From Erysipelotrichales bacterium (GTDB taxonomy: Bacteria; Bacillota_I; Bacilli_A; RFN20; CAG-826): 64,000 nt of DNA. Location of the stretch: assembly GCA_022508535.1 (NCBI GenBank), contig JAFLUZ010000007.1, positions 6,731 through 70,730 of the forward strand, given 5' to 3'. Shown one piece after another: positions 1 to 10,847 of the stretch; position 1 is the first letter of the stretch; every line of letters starts with the position of its first letter. The notes beneath the pieces were generated by a model. The model was not told the origin of the DNA. It was given only the letters and a program-made list of their open reading frames with translations, and did not search any database. The position numbers and the translations under genes are program-made.

Positions 1-1132
1 CATTGGAAATCGCCCAACATATAACAATAATAATTATCAAGACTACGATCAAGAAGTATATAACCGCACATTAGCAGTTTTCTCATCTTTTGAACCAGGA
101 TCAACTTTTAAAGCAGTAACGTTTGCTTCTGCACTTGATGCCGGTGTTATTGATATGGATAATGACTATTACTATGATAAAGGTTTTGAAATAGTAGGTG
201 GAGTAAGAATTAAATCTTGGAAAAAAGGTGGACATGGTTTACAAACATTTTTAGAAGTATTACAAAATTCATCTAACCCAGGATTTGTTGAAATTGCAAG
301 GCGTTTAGGAAAAGATCGGCTGTATAGTTATTATAAAAAATTTGGTGTAGGAGAAAAAACTGGTGTTGATATAAGTGGCGAAAATAAAGGAATCATGTTT
401 AATTATGATAAATATGGACCACTTGAGCAAGCAACGAGTAGTTTTGGACAAGGAGTGTCAGTCACTGCAATTCAATTAGCAAGTATGTTTTCTGCTACGA
501 TTAATGGAGGATATTTATATACACCTCACATTGCAAAATCAATATCTACAAATCAAACCAATGAAGTTGTTTATACCTTTCCAACTCAACCAAAAAGGCA
601 AGTAATAAGTAAAGAAGCAAGCGATAAAATGCGAAGAGCCTTAGAGTGTGTTGTTGCTCTTGGCTCAGGAAGAAAAGCGTATGTCGATGGATATCGAGTA
701 GGAGGAAAGACTGGAACTGCTCAAATTGCCGAAAATGGGGTATATCAAGATGGACGATATGTCTTATCATTTATTTCTGCTGCCCCAATGGATGATCCTA
801 AAGTAGTGGTGTATTTTGCAATGCGCGAACCCAAAAACACTATTCAATATGGTGGAACGACAATTGGACCAATCATGGGAAGTATTTTGCAAGAAGTATT
901 ACCTATCTTAAATGTTGAAAAACGTGAATCACCAATTAAAAGAGAGTACAACTGGGATGATGTAAAATCTTATGAAGTAGAAAACTACATTGGTTTAGAA
1001 AAGAATAAAGTTAAATCAAAGTATTTTAAATTTGCTTATTTTGGTGAAGGAAATAAAGTTATTGATCAACTACCAAAAAGTGGTGAACTCTTAAAAGAAG
1101 GATCCACAATTATGATCATGCTAGGTGAATAG
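1..1132 (+). CDS. class B penicillin-binding protein (SpoVD/FtsI-like transpeptidase with one C-terminal PASTA-like domain); 5' end lies outside the window
   Basis: Frame 2 is open from nt 2. Has SxxK (GSTFK, nt 98-112), SxN (NSSNPG) and KTG (GGKTGTA) motifs. Sits directly upstream of murE as in dcw clusters. Confidence 0.9.
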   Translation, partial: IGNRPTYNNNNYQDYDQEVYNRTLAVFSSFEPGSTFKAVTFASALDAGVIDMDNDYYYDKGFEIVGGVRIKSWKKGGHGLQTFLEVLQNSSNPGFVEIARRLGKDRLYSYYKKFGVGEKTGVDISGENKGIMFNYDKYGPLEQATSSFGQGVSVTAIQLASMFSATINGGYLYTPHIAKSISTNQTNEVVYTFPTQPKRQVISKEASDKMRRALECVVALGSGRKAYVDGYRVGGKTGTAQIAENGVYQDGRYVLSFISAAPMDDPKVVVYFAMREPKNTIQYGGTTIGPIMGSILQEVLPILNVEKRESPIKREYNWDDVKSYEVENYIGLEKNKVKSKYFKFAYFGEGNKVIDQLPKSGELLKEGSTIMIMLGE

Positions 1133-1133
1133 T

Positions 1134-2465
1134 ATGCGTATAGATAAAGCACTAAGATTTTTTAATATCACAGTAAAAGACAAACGAGTTGCAAAACATT
1201 TGATTTGTGATTCAAGAAAAATAAAGGAACAATCAATATTTATAGCAATTGATAATGGTATTAATTATATTAATGACTTGAAAATAAAGCCATTAATTAT
1301 ACTTTCAAATGTAAAGAGAAATGATGTTATTTATATTCCGAATTTGAAAGATGTATTAAGCGAGTTTGGTATTTATTTCTATAAACTCAAAAAGAAACAT
1401 CCTACACTCATTGGCATAGTAGGAACAAATGGTAAAACAAGTACCGCGAATATATTGCATAATTTACTACCTAAATCATTACTTATAACAACAATTTCTA
1501 ATGTCAATGATTCAATAATTTCTGATAATACAACACCAAATGCAATTGAACTGGTTAATGATATAGTTTATGCAAGAGAAAACAAATATCAATATGTTAT
1601 TTTAGAAGTGTCATCAATTGGTATAAAAGAAAAAAGAGTAGAGGGATTAGATTTTTCTTATCTAGTATTTTTGAATTTATCTAAAGATCATTTAGATTAT
1701 CATAAGACTTTAAAAGACTATCAAGAAACAAAGGTTAATTTCATTTTAAAAAGTAATGCAACTACAGTTATAAATGCAAATGATAAATTTGGTAGATTTT
1801 TATTAAATCAAAAAGAGAATAGTTATCCTTATAAATTTGAATCTTCAATAATAAAGGAAAAAAGTCTAAAAGGAACTTTATTTAGTTTTGAAAATCATAT
1901 GATTTATACAAATCTAATAGGTGATTTTAATATTGAAAATTTAATAAGTGTATTAACTTTATTAAAAGTAATGAAAAAAAGAATAAACTATTCCGAAGTT
2001 TCTAGTATCAAGCCTATAAAAGGACGGATGGATGTTATATCTTATTCACCAAATATAATTATTGATTATGCTCATACAAGCCCGGCCTTTGAGATGGCTT
2101 TAAAAGAGTTAAAAAATATAACAAAAGGAAAGCTTGTTGTCGTCTTTGGGGCAGGCGGGAATCGCGATAAAACTAAAAGAAAAGAATATGGTGATTCAGC
2201 GAGACAATATGCGGATGAAATAATACTCACTAACGATAATCCAAGGAATGAAAATCAAGAAGAAATAATTAGCGATATCAACGCTTTAAAAGATGAAAAA
2301 GTGACGATAATATTGGACCGTCATGAAGCAATAAAAGAAGGAGTAAAAAGATTAACTAAAAACGATACATTAGCGATAATTGGAAAAGGACATGAAGAAT
2401 ATCAAATAATTGGTAATAAGAAGTATCATTTTTCAGATTATGAGGAGGTAAGGAAATGGCTATAA
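1134..2465 (+). CDS. murE: UDP-N-acetylmuramoyl-tripeptide synthetase MurE; DNPR motif suggests the meso-DAP-adding type
   Basis: Mur ligase P-loop GTNGKTS; DNPR in LTNDNPRNE. I prefer ATG 1134 (AGGTGA 5 nt upstream) over the GTG at 1125 in the track. dcw synteny. Confidence 0.9.
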   Translation: MRIDKALRFFNITVKDKRVAKHLICDSRKIKEQSIFIAIDNGINYINDLKIKPLIILSNVKRNDVIYIPNLKDVLSEFGIYFYKLKKKHPTLIGIVGTNGKTSTANILHNLLPKSLLITTISNVNDSIISDNTTPNAIELVNDIVYARENKYQYVILEVSSIGIKEKRVEGLDFSYLVFLNLSKDHLDYHKTLKDYQETKVNFILKSNATTVINANDKFGRFLLNQKENSYPYKFESSIIKEKSLKGTLFSFENHMIYTNLIGDFNIENLISVLTLLKVMKKRINYSEVSSIKPIKGRMDVISYSPNIIIDYAHTSPAFEMALKELKNITKGKLVVVFGAGGNRDKTKRKEYGDSARQYADEIILTNDNPRNENQEEIISDINALKDEKVTIILDRHEAIKEGVKRLTKNDTLAIIGKGHEEYQIIGNKKYHFSDYEEVRKWL

Positions 2466-3433
2466 ATATTGAAGTATTTATTAGAGTAATAATTACATTC
2501 ATTTTAAGTATTATCATATCTTCATCCATCAATAAATTTATCATAAAAAAAGAGAAAGAAAAGCATGTTGGACAAGCAGTACGCGATGATATAATTTCTA
2601 CTCATTTTCAAAAGAGTGGCACTCCTACAATGGGAGGAGTAGGAATAGTACTAGCAACTATTATAACTTCGCTCCTTAACTTTTCTTTTATAGATTATAA
2701 AATTATTATTGTTTTATTATTGATGTTTATGTTTTTTATAATTGGATTTGTTGACGATTACATTAAGGTAAAATATAAGAATTCTAAAGGTTTAAGTGCA
2801 TCTTTAAGATTTTCTTTAGAAATAATGTTTACGCTTATTGCTTTGGTGTTATTAAATTATGACCAACAGAGCATGTGGCATTTGCATCTTCCTAATAACT
2901 TTATTTATTTAGGTCCTTTATTTGTTTTATTAATCGTTTTTATGGTTGTTGGTAGTGCAAATGCTGTAAACATGTCAGATGGACTAGATGGTCTTGCAGG
3001 TGGGCTTATAATTTTAGCTTATTTACCTTTTTTACTTATCGCACTTAAAGAACAAAACTATGCTGCTAGTATCCTTATAAGTGGAGTAATTGGAGGAAAT
3101 ATTGGCTTTTTAATTCATAATGCTCATCCTGCCAAAATTTTTATGGGAGATTCGGGAAGTTTAGCTAATGGAGCGTTAATTTCCCTACTTGCGTTTTTAT
3201 TGAATTCAGAATATTTGTTAATTGTAAGTGGTGGAATATTTGTTATTGAAACAGTTTCGGTGATTTTACAAGTTGGTTACTTCAAAATGACACATAAAAG
3301 AATATTCAAAATGGCACCAATTCACCATCACTTTGAAGCATTGGGAATGAAAGAATACCAAGTCGTAAATATGTTTTATCTTGTTGGCTTTATTTTGGCC
3401 TTTTTATCTCTAATAATGGGAGGAATATTATGA
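2456..3433 (+). CDS. mraY: phospho-N-acetylmuramoyl-pentapeptide transferase MraY
   Basis: Polytopic membrane protein with MraY motifs (NAVNMSDGLDGLA, MGDSGS, PIHHHFE). GGAGG SD upstream. Confidence 0.95.
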   Translation: MAINIEVFIRVIITFILSIIISSSINKFIIKKEKEKHVGQAVRDDIISTHFQKSGTPTMGGVGIVLATIITSLLNFSFIDYKIIIVLLLMFMFFIIGFVDDYIKVKYKNSKGLSASLRFSLEIMFTLIALVLLNYDQQSMWHLHLPNNFIYLGPLFVLLIVFMVVGSANAVNMSDGLDGLAGGLIILAYLPFLLIALKEQNYAASILISGVIGGNIGFLIHNAHPAKIFMGDSGSLANGALISLLAFLLNSEYLLIVSGGIFVIETVSVILQVGYFKMTHKRIFKMAPIHHHFEALGMKEYQVVNMFYLVGFILAFLSLIMGGIL

Positions 3434-4689
3434 AAAAAGCCTTAATACTTGGCTATGGAATAAGTGGTAAAGCATGCTATGATGTCTTAAAAGAAGACTA
3501 TTCCGTATATGTTTACGATGATAAAAAAATTGATGGTATAAAACAAATTAGTAAGGGCGAACTTGAAAATGAATTACCCTTATTTGATCTTACTATTAGA
3601 AGTCCTGGATTTAATATTCATAGTGAGATTTTTTCACTTGTTTCACTATTATCAAAAGAAGTTATATCAGAGATTGAACTTGGATATCGTTATTTAAAAA
3701 ATAGAAATGTCGATATTATTGCAGTAACTGGAAGTAATGGAAAAACAACAGTAGTTACTTTAATTGGCGAATTACTTAAAAGTATTAATAAAAAATATTA
3801 CCTTTTAGGTAATATTGGTACACCTTTAATTAGTAAAGTTAAAGATATTGAAGAAGGGAGCACAGTTGTTTTAGAACTTTCTAGTTTTCAACTTGAAAAC
3901 ATTAAAGAGTTTACTTTTAATATTGCAATAATTACTAATATTACTCCAAATCATTTGGATCATGTACCGAATTATTCATATTATGTCGGTTCGAAAAAGA
4001 AGTTATTACAAAATATTAATAATCAAATTGTTTTGACAAATGGTAATAGTTATTTAAAAGAGTACAAGAGAAATACTATTAATATCTACGATAATAAAAT
4101 TGTTTATTACAAAAAAGATAAACTATATTACATTGATAAGATTATTGTCAAAAAAGAAGAACTAACTAATCAAAGTGGATATATATTAGAAGACATTAGC
4201 TATGCCTTACTTGGAGTGGTGCTATTATATGGTTTTAATAAAAACTATATTTCGGCGATTAAAAACTTTTCGGGTGTTAAATATCGTCAAGAAGTCTTAA
4301 AAGTCGGAAACACTATATTTATAAATGATGGAAAATCAACGACTGTCGATTCATTAAATAATGCAATGCAACTTTATAAAAGAAATAAAAGAATAATTAT
4401 TCTAGGTGGAATTTATAAAAGTGAAGGAATTGAAAACACAAAGTTTAAAAGAGATGATTTATTGCTTATTTATGGAAGAGATAGTAATATCATTAAAGAC
4501 AAAACTAAGCGTGGTTTAATATTTAATACTTTAAATGAGGCATTAAGTTATTTAATTACACTTGATTTGGAACAAAAAGTAATTATATACTCGCCAAGTT
4601 GTTCGTCACTTGATCAATATAGTAGTTATATTGAAAGATCAAAGGAATTTGAGAACTTCATTAAGGAGCATTTTTATGTATCAAAATAA
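3430..4689 (+). CDS. murD: UDP-N-acetylmuramoylalanine--D-glutamate ligase MurD
   Basis: GSNGKTT P-loop; ATGA start/stop overlap with mraY; dcw position. Confidence 0.9.
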   Translation: MKKALILGYGISGKACYDVLKEDYSVYVYDDKKIDGIKQISKGELENELPLFDLTIRSPGFNIHSEIFSLVSLLSKEVISEIELGYRYLKNRNVDIIAVTGSNGKTTVVTLIGELLKSINKKYYLLGNIGTPLISKVKDIEEGSTVVLELSSFQLENIKEFTFNIAIITNITPNHLDHVPNYSYYVGSKKKLLQNINNQIVLTNGNSYLKEYKRNTINIYDNKIVYYKKDKLYYIDKIIVKKEELTNQSGYILEDISYALLGVVLLYGFNKNYISAIKNFSGVKYRQEVLKVGNTIFINDGKSTTVDSLNNAMQLYKRNKRIIILGGIYKSEGIENTKFKRDDLLLIYGRDSNIIKDKTKRGLIFNTLNEALSYLITLDLEQKVIIYSPSCSSLDQYSSYIERSKEFENFIKEHFYVSK

Positions 4690-5755
4690 ACGCTACGCAA
4701 TTAACATAACAATTATTACATTTATTCTCGTTGTATTCGGTGTTTTTATGGTATATAGTGCATCAAGTATTTGGGCATTAGCAAAGTTTAATGATTCGTT
4801 TTATTACTTAAAAAGGCAAAGTTTATTTGCTTTACTTGGCGCAATTGGCTTTTTTATTACCACAAAAATATCAAGTGATTTTCTTTATAAACATGCAAAT
4901 AAAATTATGATTATATCACTTGTTTTGCTCGGATTAGTTTTAATACCAGGAATTGGTATAGAAAGAAATGGCTCAAGATCTTGGTTTGGAATAGGACCTT
5001 TTGCAATTCAGCCTTCAGAACTTTTTAAAATAGCAATAGTGATATATGCAGCTAAATATATTTCTAATCATTTCAATGAAACAAAGCGTCTAAAAGGATT
5101 TATGTCGCTATTAATCATGATGGTCATTGGCTTTGTATTAATTATGTTACAACCAGATTTTGGAACAGCGGTTGTTATTTTATCCGCGCTTGTTTTAATG
5201 ATGTTTATTACAAAACTACCAATGAAATATTTTGGAATTATGGGTGCTGTAGGTGTTTTAATGGTAGTTGGTTTAATCATCATTGCTCCTTATCGCTTTC
5301 AAAGAATAACTGCTTTTATCGATCCATGGAGTGATCCATTAGGAAGTGGATTTCAAATAATCCAAAGTTTATACGCAATAGGACCAGGTGCATTACTCGG
5401 AAATGGTTTATTTGCCTCATATCAAAAGCATTTCTATTTACCAGAACCGCAAACTGATTTTATCTTTGCAATCATTGTTGAAGAATTTGGTCTTGTTGGC
5501 GGAATTATCATCTTATTAATGTTTGCATTACTATTTATTTTTGGTTTTAAACTAGCAATGAATCAAGAAAAAGAGTTTGATGCATTATTAATTACAGGAT
5601 TACTTGGTCTTATTATGGTGCAAGTCATTATTAACTTAGGTGTTGTTGTATCACTTTTCCCAGTTACAGGAATTACGCTTCCATTAATAAGTTATGGTGG
5701 CTCATCTTTATCTGTTTGTCTTTGTTCTTTAGGTTTAATTGCATCAAGAAAGTAG
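4676..5755 (+). CDS. SEDS-family peptidoglycan polymerase FtsW/SpoVE
   Basis: 10-TM SEDS protein (PEPQTDFIFA, ...LPLISYGGSS). ATG 4676 has an AAGGAG SD, so the upstream 22 codons in the track are probably not translated. Occupies the spoVE position of the Bacillus dcw cluster. Confidence 0.9.
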   Translation: MYQNKRYAINITIITFILVVFGVFMVYSASSIWALAKFNDSFYYLKRQSLFALLGAIGFFITTKISSDFLYKHANKIMIISLVLLGLVLIPGIGIERNGSRSWFGIGPFAIQPSELFKIAIVIYAAKYISNHFNETKRLKGFMSLLIMMVIGFVLIMLQPDFGTAVVILSALVLMMFITKLPMKYFGIMGAVGVLMVVGLIIIAPYRFQRITAFIDPWSDPLGSGFQIIQSLYAIGPGALLGNGLFASYQKHFYLPEPQTDFIFAIIVEEFGLVGGIIILLMFALLFIFGFKLAMNQEKEFDALLITGLLGLIMVQVIINLGVVVSLFPVTGITLPLISYGGSSLSVCLCSLGLIASRK

Positions 5756-5764
5756 AGGTATGTT

Positions 5765-6784
5765 ATGCATATTTTAGTATTAGCTTCTGGAAGTGGTGGA
5801 CATGTCTATCCGGCATTAAGTTTTGTTAATAAGGCCACGCAACATAAAATCACATATTTAAGAATAAAGAATGGCTTTGAAAGTAAAATATTAGATGATT
5901 CTTTACCATACTTAGATGTGAAAAATCAATTAAAGTCATATATAAAACACCCTCGTGAGTTTTTTAAATTAAGAAAAGAAATTAAAAGAAATAAAGATGT
6001 ATTAAAAGAAGTTGACGCTATCGTATGTTTTGGTGGATTTGTATCATTTATTGGTCTAATAATATCTTTAATGTATAACAAACCACTTTATTTACATGAG
6101 CAAAATAAGACTTTAGGAGATGCGAATAAAATTGCACAATTTCATGCAAGAAAGATATTTGTATGTTTTGAAAGTAGTATTTTAAATCCTAAAAACAAAA
6201 AATATATGTTCGTGGGAAATCCTAGAATGGATGAAGTAAAAGGAAATAAGCATGATCATTTAGGATTTAATGTCTTGTTTTTTGCTGGCAGTCTTTCGAG
6301 TTCGTCCTTAAATAATATTGTTAAAGAACTATTAGAAAAGAATATACCAAGTAAGATTAATTTTTATGTCATCACAGGTGAAAAACAATTTAAAGAGTTT
6401 TCATCTTTGAAGAAGAATAATGTTCATATTCTTTCATATCAAAAAGACATGATCTCTTTGATGCGTAACATGGATTTAGTAATTATGAGAGCAGGTGCCA
6501 CATCAATCTCAGAAGTAATTGCTTTTAATTTACCTGCCATTTTAATTCCATCTCCAAATGTTAAGCATAACCATCAATATGAAAATGCTTATGAATTGGC
6601 TAAGAGCAATGCAGCAATTTTAATCGAAGAGAAAGATTGTACAAGTGAAAAATTATATAAAGAAATAGAAGTGCTTTTCAAAGATTATACACAATACTTA
6701 GTAATCAAAAATAATCTTAAAAAATTCTATAAAGAAGATGTATGTAAAAATATGCTGAAGGTAATTAATAATGAACGATTATGA
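5765..6784 (+). CDS. murG: undecaprenyl-PP-MurNAc-pentapeptide GlcNAc transferase MurG
   Basis: N-terminal G-loop SGSGGHVYPAL; C-terminal RAGATSISE...HQYENA motif; dcw position. Confidence 0.9.
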   Translation: MHILVLASGSGGHVYPALSFVNKATQHKITYLRIKNGFESKILDDSLPYLDVKNQLKSYIKHPREFFKLRKEIKRNKDVLKEVDAIVCFGGFVSFIGLIISLMYNKPLYLHEQNKTLGDANKIAQFHARKIFVCFESSILNPKNKKYMFVGNPRMDEVKGNKHDHLGFNVLFFAGSLSSSSLNNIVKELLEKNIPSKINFYVITGEKQFKEFSSLKKNNVHILSYQKDMISLMRNMDLVIMRAGATSISEVIAFNLPAILIPSPNVKHNHQYENAYELAKSNAAILIEEKDCTSEKLYKEIEVLFKDYTQYLVIKNNLKKFYKEDVCKNMLKVINNERL

Positions 6785-7634
6785 ACTATTAGAAAACTAT
6801 GATGTTAAAAAACTGTCAGCAGTTAAAATCGGAGGAACTATTAAATATTTATATTTAATTAATAATATAAATGGTCTAAAAAAAGTTTTAAAAATAATTA
6901 AAGAAAATAATTATGACTATTACATTATTGGTGGTTGCACAAAAATATTATTTCCAGATGTATTCATGCGAGAGTGCTTAATAAAATTAAACAATAGTTA
7001 TATTAAAGAAACTAAAACTCATGTCATAGTAGGAGTAGGTCAGTCATTAAAAAAGTTTTCCTCATACATGATAGCACGTGGCTATTTAGGTTTTTCAGGA
7101 CTTATTTCAATTCCAGGTGACGTAGGTGGTGCAATTGTAAATAACGCTGGTGCATTTGGTGATGAAATCTCTGATTACTTAGACTTTGTTAAAGTGTATG
7201 AAAACGGAAAAATCAAGACATTATATAAATCAGATTTAGAGTTTTCTTATCGTTGTTCCTATTTTAAAAGAAGTTCTTGTATAATCTTTGAAGCACATTT
7301 CAAAAAAATAAAAGGAAATAAAGAAGAAATAATAAAAAAGGCAAAAGAAAACGTTAATAAACGCTTTAAAACACAGCCACATAATATTCTTACTCTTGGA
7401 TCGACTTTTAAAAACACTCCAACAACAAAAATTGCTCAAGTTTTAGATGAGTTAGGATTAAGAGGTTATGAAGGAAATTTAGTAAAAATATCGAATGTGC
7501 ACGCAAATTTTTTACAAAATGTCGCAAATTGTCCACAAAAAAACTTTCTTAATATACTTGTTATATTAAGAAGTGTTGTTTATAATAATCTTAAGTATTT
7601 ACCAGAATTAGAGATTGTTGTACTTAGGTGGTGA
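6771..7634 (+). CDS. murB: UDP-N-acetylenolpyruvoylglucosamine reductase MurB
   Basis: YRCSYFK and GSTFKN motifs; dcw position. The FAD-loop is divergent (GGCTKILF). Confidence 0.85.
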   Translation: MNDYELLENYDVKKLSAVKIGGTIKYLYLINNINGLKKVLKIIKENNYDYYIIGGCTKILFPDVFMRECLIKLNNSYIKETKTHVIVGVGQSLKKFSSYMIARGYLGFSGLISIPGDVGGAIVNNAGAFGDEISDYLDFVKVYENGKIKTLYKSDLEFSYRCSYFKRSSCIIFEAHFKKIKGNKEEIIKKAKENVNKRFKTQPHNILTLGSTFKNTPTTKIAQVLDELGLRGYEGNLVKISNVHANFLQNVANCPQKNFLNILVILRSVVYNNLKYLPELEIVVLRW

Positions 7635-7638
7635 GAGA

Positions 7639-8493
7639 ATGAGTGACTTTGAAGATGATAACATATTAGTGGATGTTTCCCAATTTAAAGAAAAAGTTAA
7701 TAAATCCACTAAAATTAGTCTCTTTAAGGTAATTGCTCGTTCTTTTTTTTCTGTTTTGACGCTATCTTTCATTCTTGTGTATTTACTATCTCCGATGGGA
7801 AAAGTAAAAATAAATCAACTGTCAGGAAATTACTATTTAGACTCTGATAAAGTTATAGAACTTGCTGGACTATCTAAAAGAGATTCACTTTTAAAAATTA
7901 GAGAAGATGTGATTATGAATAAACTTAACGAGTCTTCGTATATTGCATCATCTAATGTTTCTTGGCATATGACATATTTGGATGTCGAAATTGATGAAGT
8001 TGCTCCAATGGCAAAGTCTAATGGCGAAATTATTCTTTCAAACGGGATATCGCTTGATACTTATCGAAGCCGACATCTTGATTATGAGATTTCAAAAAAT
8101 TTAGATTTACCAGAATTTATTAATTATAGCGAAGCAAACTATTCTTCAATTTTTCTAAATGCTTTAAAAAGACTCGATAAGAATTTATTTAAAAAGGTTA
8201 AGTATTTAGATGAGGCACAAGTCATTACAAAAAAATTAGATAGCATTTGTTTTGGCGTGTATTTTGAAATTGGTGAAGATTTGTTTCGTATTCAAATCCA
8301 AAAATCAATAATTCTCGAGGGATTAGGAAATAAAGATGCCTTGGAAAGCGCAATTAATAGTTGTGATGAAAAGACATTTTCCACTGTGAAAGTTGATGAA
8401 TTAGGAAAAGAAGTATATGAAGCCATTTATTACTACGATGGCGTTAGTTATAAGATTGTAAGTTTAAAAGAAGGGAGTAGGTATTATGAATGA
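7639..8493 (+). CDS. divIB: cell division protein DivIB/FtsQ
   Basis: Short N-terminus, one TM segment and a POTRA-like region; lies between murB and ftsA. ATG 7639 is preceded by GGTGGTGAGA. Confidence 0.75.
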   Translation: MSDFEDDNILVDVSQFKEKVNKSTKISLFKVIARSFFSVLTLSFILVYLLSPMGKVKINQLSGNYYLDSDKVIELAGLSKRDSLLKIREDVIMNKLNESSYIASSNVSWHMTYLDVEIDEVAPMAKSNGEIILSNGISLDTYRSRHLDYEISKNLDLPEFINYSEANYSSIFLNALKRLDKNLFKKVKYLDEAQVITKKLDSICFGVYFEIGEDLFRIQIQKSIILEGLGNKDALESAINSCDEKTFSTVKVDELGKEVYEAIYYYDGVSYKIVSLKEGSRYYE

Positions 8494-9700
8494 TATTGTT
8501 ACTGTCATTGAAATTGGTGCATCTGCAATTAAAGTAGTTACTGGTTATAAATTCGAACGTGAAGTAATTGTTCAATTTGCTAGTACTAAAAAATTAAGAT
8601 CGAATACTGTTATCGATAGTATTGTTCATGACGATGACGATGTTTCAAAAACAATTAGAGAATTAATTTTAGAAGCTGAAAATACTCTAAAGAGCGATAT
8701 AAAAGATGTTACACTCGTGTTACCAGCAGTTGGTCTAGAAGTATTTGGTAATATGCGTATGACACCAGTACTTTCAACAAATAATAAAATCTCTGAAACA
8801 GATATTAGAAATGTAATCGCGACTATTTTTAGAGATAAATATCCAACTACAAATGAAGTAATTGATGTTTTACCTATTGTCTATATTCTTGACAACAATC
8901 GTGAATACTCTAATCCACCAATTGGTGAAGAGTCTACGATGTTAAATTTACGTGCTTATGTTCATACGATACCTCAAGATATTGTGAGAAGTTATCGTAT
9001 GTTAGTAGAAAATGCTGGATTAAAAGTTAAATCATTAGTTGCTGCACCTTATGGTGTTGCCCAAATGTTTTCATCGTATAAAGAAATACCAGAAGAATAT
9101 TTTCTTATAAATATTGGCGCAAAAACAACCTCAGTAACGACTATTTCTAATGGTGTTCCTTTTAAATCTTGCTATTTTAGTGGCGGAGGAGAATCAATTA
9201 CAACCGCTATTCAATCCAGATTAGGTATAAATTATGAAAAGGCCGAAGAGATTAAAAGAATTTATGGCTTAGATCCATTAAAATATGACTTTGTTGCTCC
9301 AATTGCAATAAGTGATAATGGAAATGTAAAATTTACTGTTAAAGATTTAAATCCAATCGTTGAAGATGAATTAAATAGGCTATTAAAAGACATTGTAAGA
9401 GCATTAAAGATTTTATCTGATGATGTTACTTTTGAAAAATTGCCAGTAGTTTTTATTGGTGGAGGAAGTCGTTTGATTGGTATAAAAGACTTTATGCAAA
9501 AAAATATTGAAAACCGAGATGTAATATTCCCAATGATAAAATCAGTGGGAGCACGTAATATGACATATATTGATGTCTTAGGTGGTATTAAAGTAACCTC
9601 AAATGTGGTCATGGAAGAAAATAAGCAAGAAGCACCTACTGCACTTACGAGAGAAACTTCCAAAAAACCTAAGTATTCAGAAACAAATGATGATTTATAG
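8486..9700 (+). CDS. ftsA: cell division protein FtsA
   Basis: Actin-fold protein (IEIGASAIKV..., FIGGGS) directly upstream of ftsZ. Confidence 0.92.
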   Translation: MNDIVTVIEIGASAIKVVTGYKFEREVIVQFASTKKLRSNTVIDSIVHDDDDVSKTIRELILEAENTLKSDIKDVTLVLPAVGLEVFGNMRMTPVLSTNNKISETDIRNVIATIFRDKYPTTNEVIDVLPIVYILDNNREYSNPPIGEESTMLNLRAYVHTIPQDIVRSYRMLVENAGLKVKSLVAAPYGVAQMFSSYKEIPEEYFLINIGAKTTSVTTISNGVPFKSCYFSGGGESITTAIQSRLGINYEKAEEIKRIYGLDPLKYDFVAPIAISDNGNVKFTVKDLNPIVEDELNRLLKDIVRALKILSDDVTFEKLPVVFIGGGSRLIGIKDFMQKNIENRDVIFPMIKSVGARNMTYIDVLGGIKVTSNVVMEENKQEAPTALTRETSKKPKYSETNDDL

Positions 9701-9712
9701 GAGGAATAAACA

Positions 9713-10789
9713 ATGAGTGATGTTGAAACAATAAATTCTGCTGCTAGAATTTTAATTATTGGTGTTGGTGGTGCAGGTTGTAACGCAGTCAATCGTATGA
9801 TTGATCAAAATTTTGATGATGTTGATTTCTATGTAATGAATACTGATAATCAAGCTTTAGCAAGTTCGAAAACCGATAAAAAGTTAACACTTGGTACTGG
9901 ATTAGGTGCTGGTGGTGATCCAAAAGTAGGAAAGGAAACCGCGGAAGCTGCTGAAGATATTATTAGAGACATTATTAAAGATTACGATATGATTTTCATT
10001 GCTGCTGGTATGGGTGGAGGAACTGGAACTGGTGCTTCGCCTGTTATTGCTCGAATTGCTAAATCTCTTGGCAAACTCACAATTGCAATTGTCACAAGAC
10101 CATTTGGCTTTGAAGGTAAAAGAAGAATTGAACAATCCATTGTTGGATTAAATGCACTAAAAGAGCAAGTCGATAGTATTATCGTTGTTTCTAATGATAA
10201 ATTAGTTGCAATGAATGGTAATTGCAGCATGTCAGATGCATTTAAAGAAGCTGATAATGTTTTAGCTAAATCTGTTAAAACAATCACTGATTTAATTTTA
10301 ATGCCAGGTGTTATTAATCTTGATTTTGCAGATGTTCGTAAGACGTTAGAAGGATCAGGAATTGCTCTTATTGGATATGGTCAAGGTGAAGGCCCAAATA
10401 AGGCAATAGACGCTGCAACAAGTGCGATGGCATGCCCACTTTTAGAAGCTTCTATTAATGGGGCAAGAAAAGCAATTGTCTCCATTACTTGTGGTTCAAA
10501 AGTATCATTAATTGAAACTCGTGATACCGTTAACCGCATTATTGACGCAACTGGTGAGGATTTAGATATTAAGTTTGGTGTAACAATAAATAATTTATTA
10601 GAAGATGTGATTCTTGTCAGTGTCATTGCGACAGACTTTGCAGAGGAATATGACTTTACTGCTCTTCCAAAATATGATTTCATGGGAACACAAGAAACTA
10701 AAAGAGAAGAAAGAGTGGAAGAATATGACGATGATGATGACGAAGACCACTCTTCAATCTTATCTTCATTCTTAAGACGTAACGACTAA
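9713..10789 (+). CDS. ftsZ: cell division GTPase FtsZ
   Basis: Tubulin signature GGGTGTGA and NTD motif; acidic C-terminal tail. Confidence 0.98.
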   Translation: MSDVETINSAARILIIGVGGAGCNAVNRMIDQNFDDVDFYVMNTDNQALASSKTDKKLTLGTGLGAGGDPKVGKETAEAAEDIIRDIIKDYDMIFIAAGMGGGTGTGASPVIARIAKSLGKLTIAIVTRPFGFEGKRRIEQSIVGLNALKEQVDSIIVVSNDKLVAMNGNCSMSDAFKEADNVLAKSVKTITDLILMPGVINLDFADVRKTLEGSGIALIGYGQGEGPNKAIDAATSAMACPLLEASINGARKAIVSITCGSKVSLIETRDTVNRIIDATGEDLDIKFGVTINNLLEDVILVSVIATDFAEEYDFTALPKYDFMGTQETKREERVEEYDDDDDEDHSSILSSFLRRND

Positions 10790-10801
10790 TAAGTAATAAT
10801 A

Positions 10802-10832
10802 AGTATTTGCTTAATGCAAATACTTTTATTTT
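10802..10832 (+). terminator. intrinsic terminator after ftsZ
   Basis: AGTATTTGC / GCAAATACT 9-bp stem with a 5-nt loop, followed by TTTATTTT. Confidence 0.75.
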
Positions 10833-10840
10833 GCTTAAAC

Positions 10841-10847
10841 TTCGACA
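10841..10847 (-). promoter_or_regulatory. candidate Spo0A box (TGTCGAA) in the spoIIGA promoter region
   Basis: Exact reverse-complement match TTCGACA. Lies in the 48-nt gap between the ftsZ terminator and the spoIIGA SD, between a TTGCTT (10831-10836) and a TATGCT (10853-10858) hexamer. Confidence 0.3.
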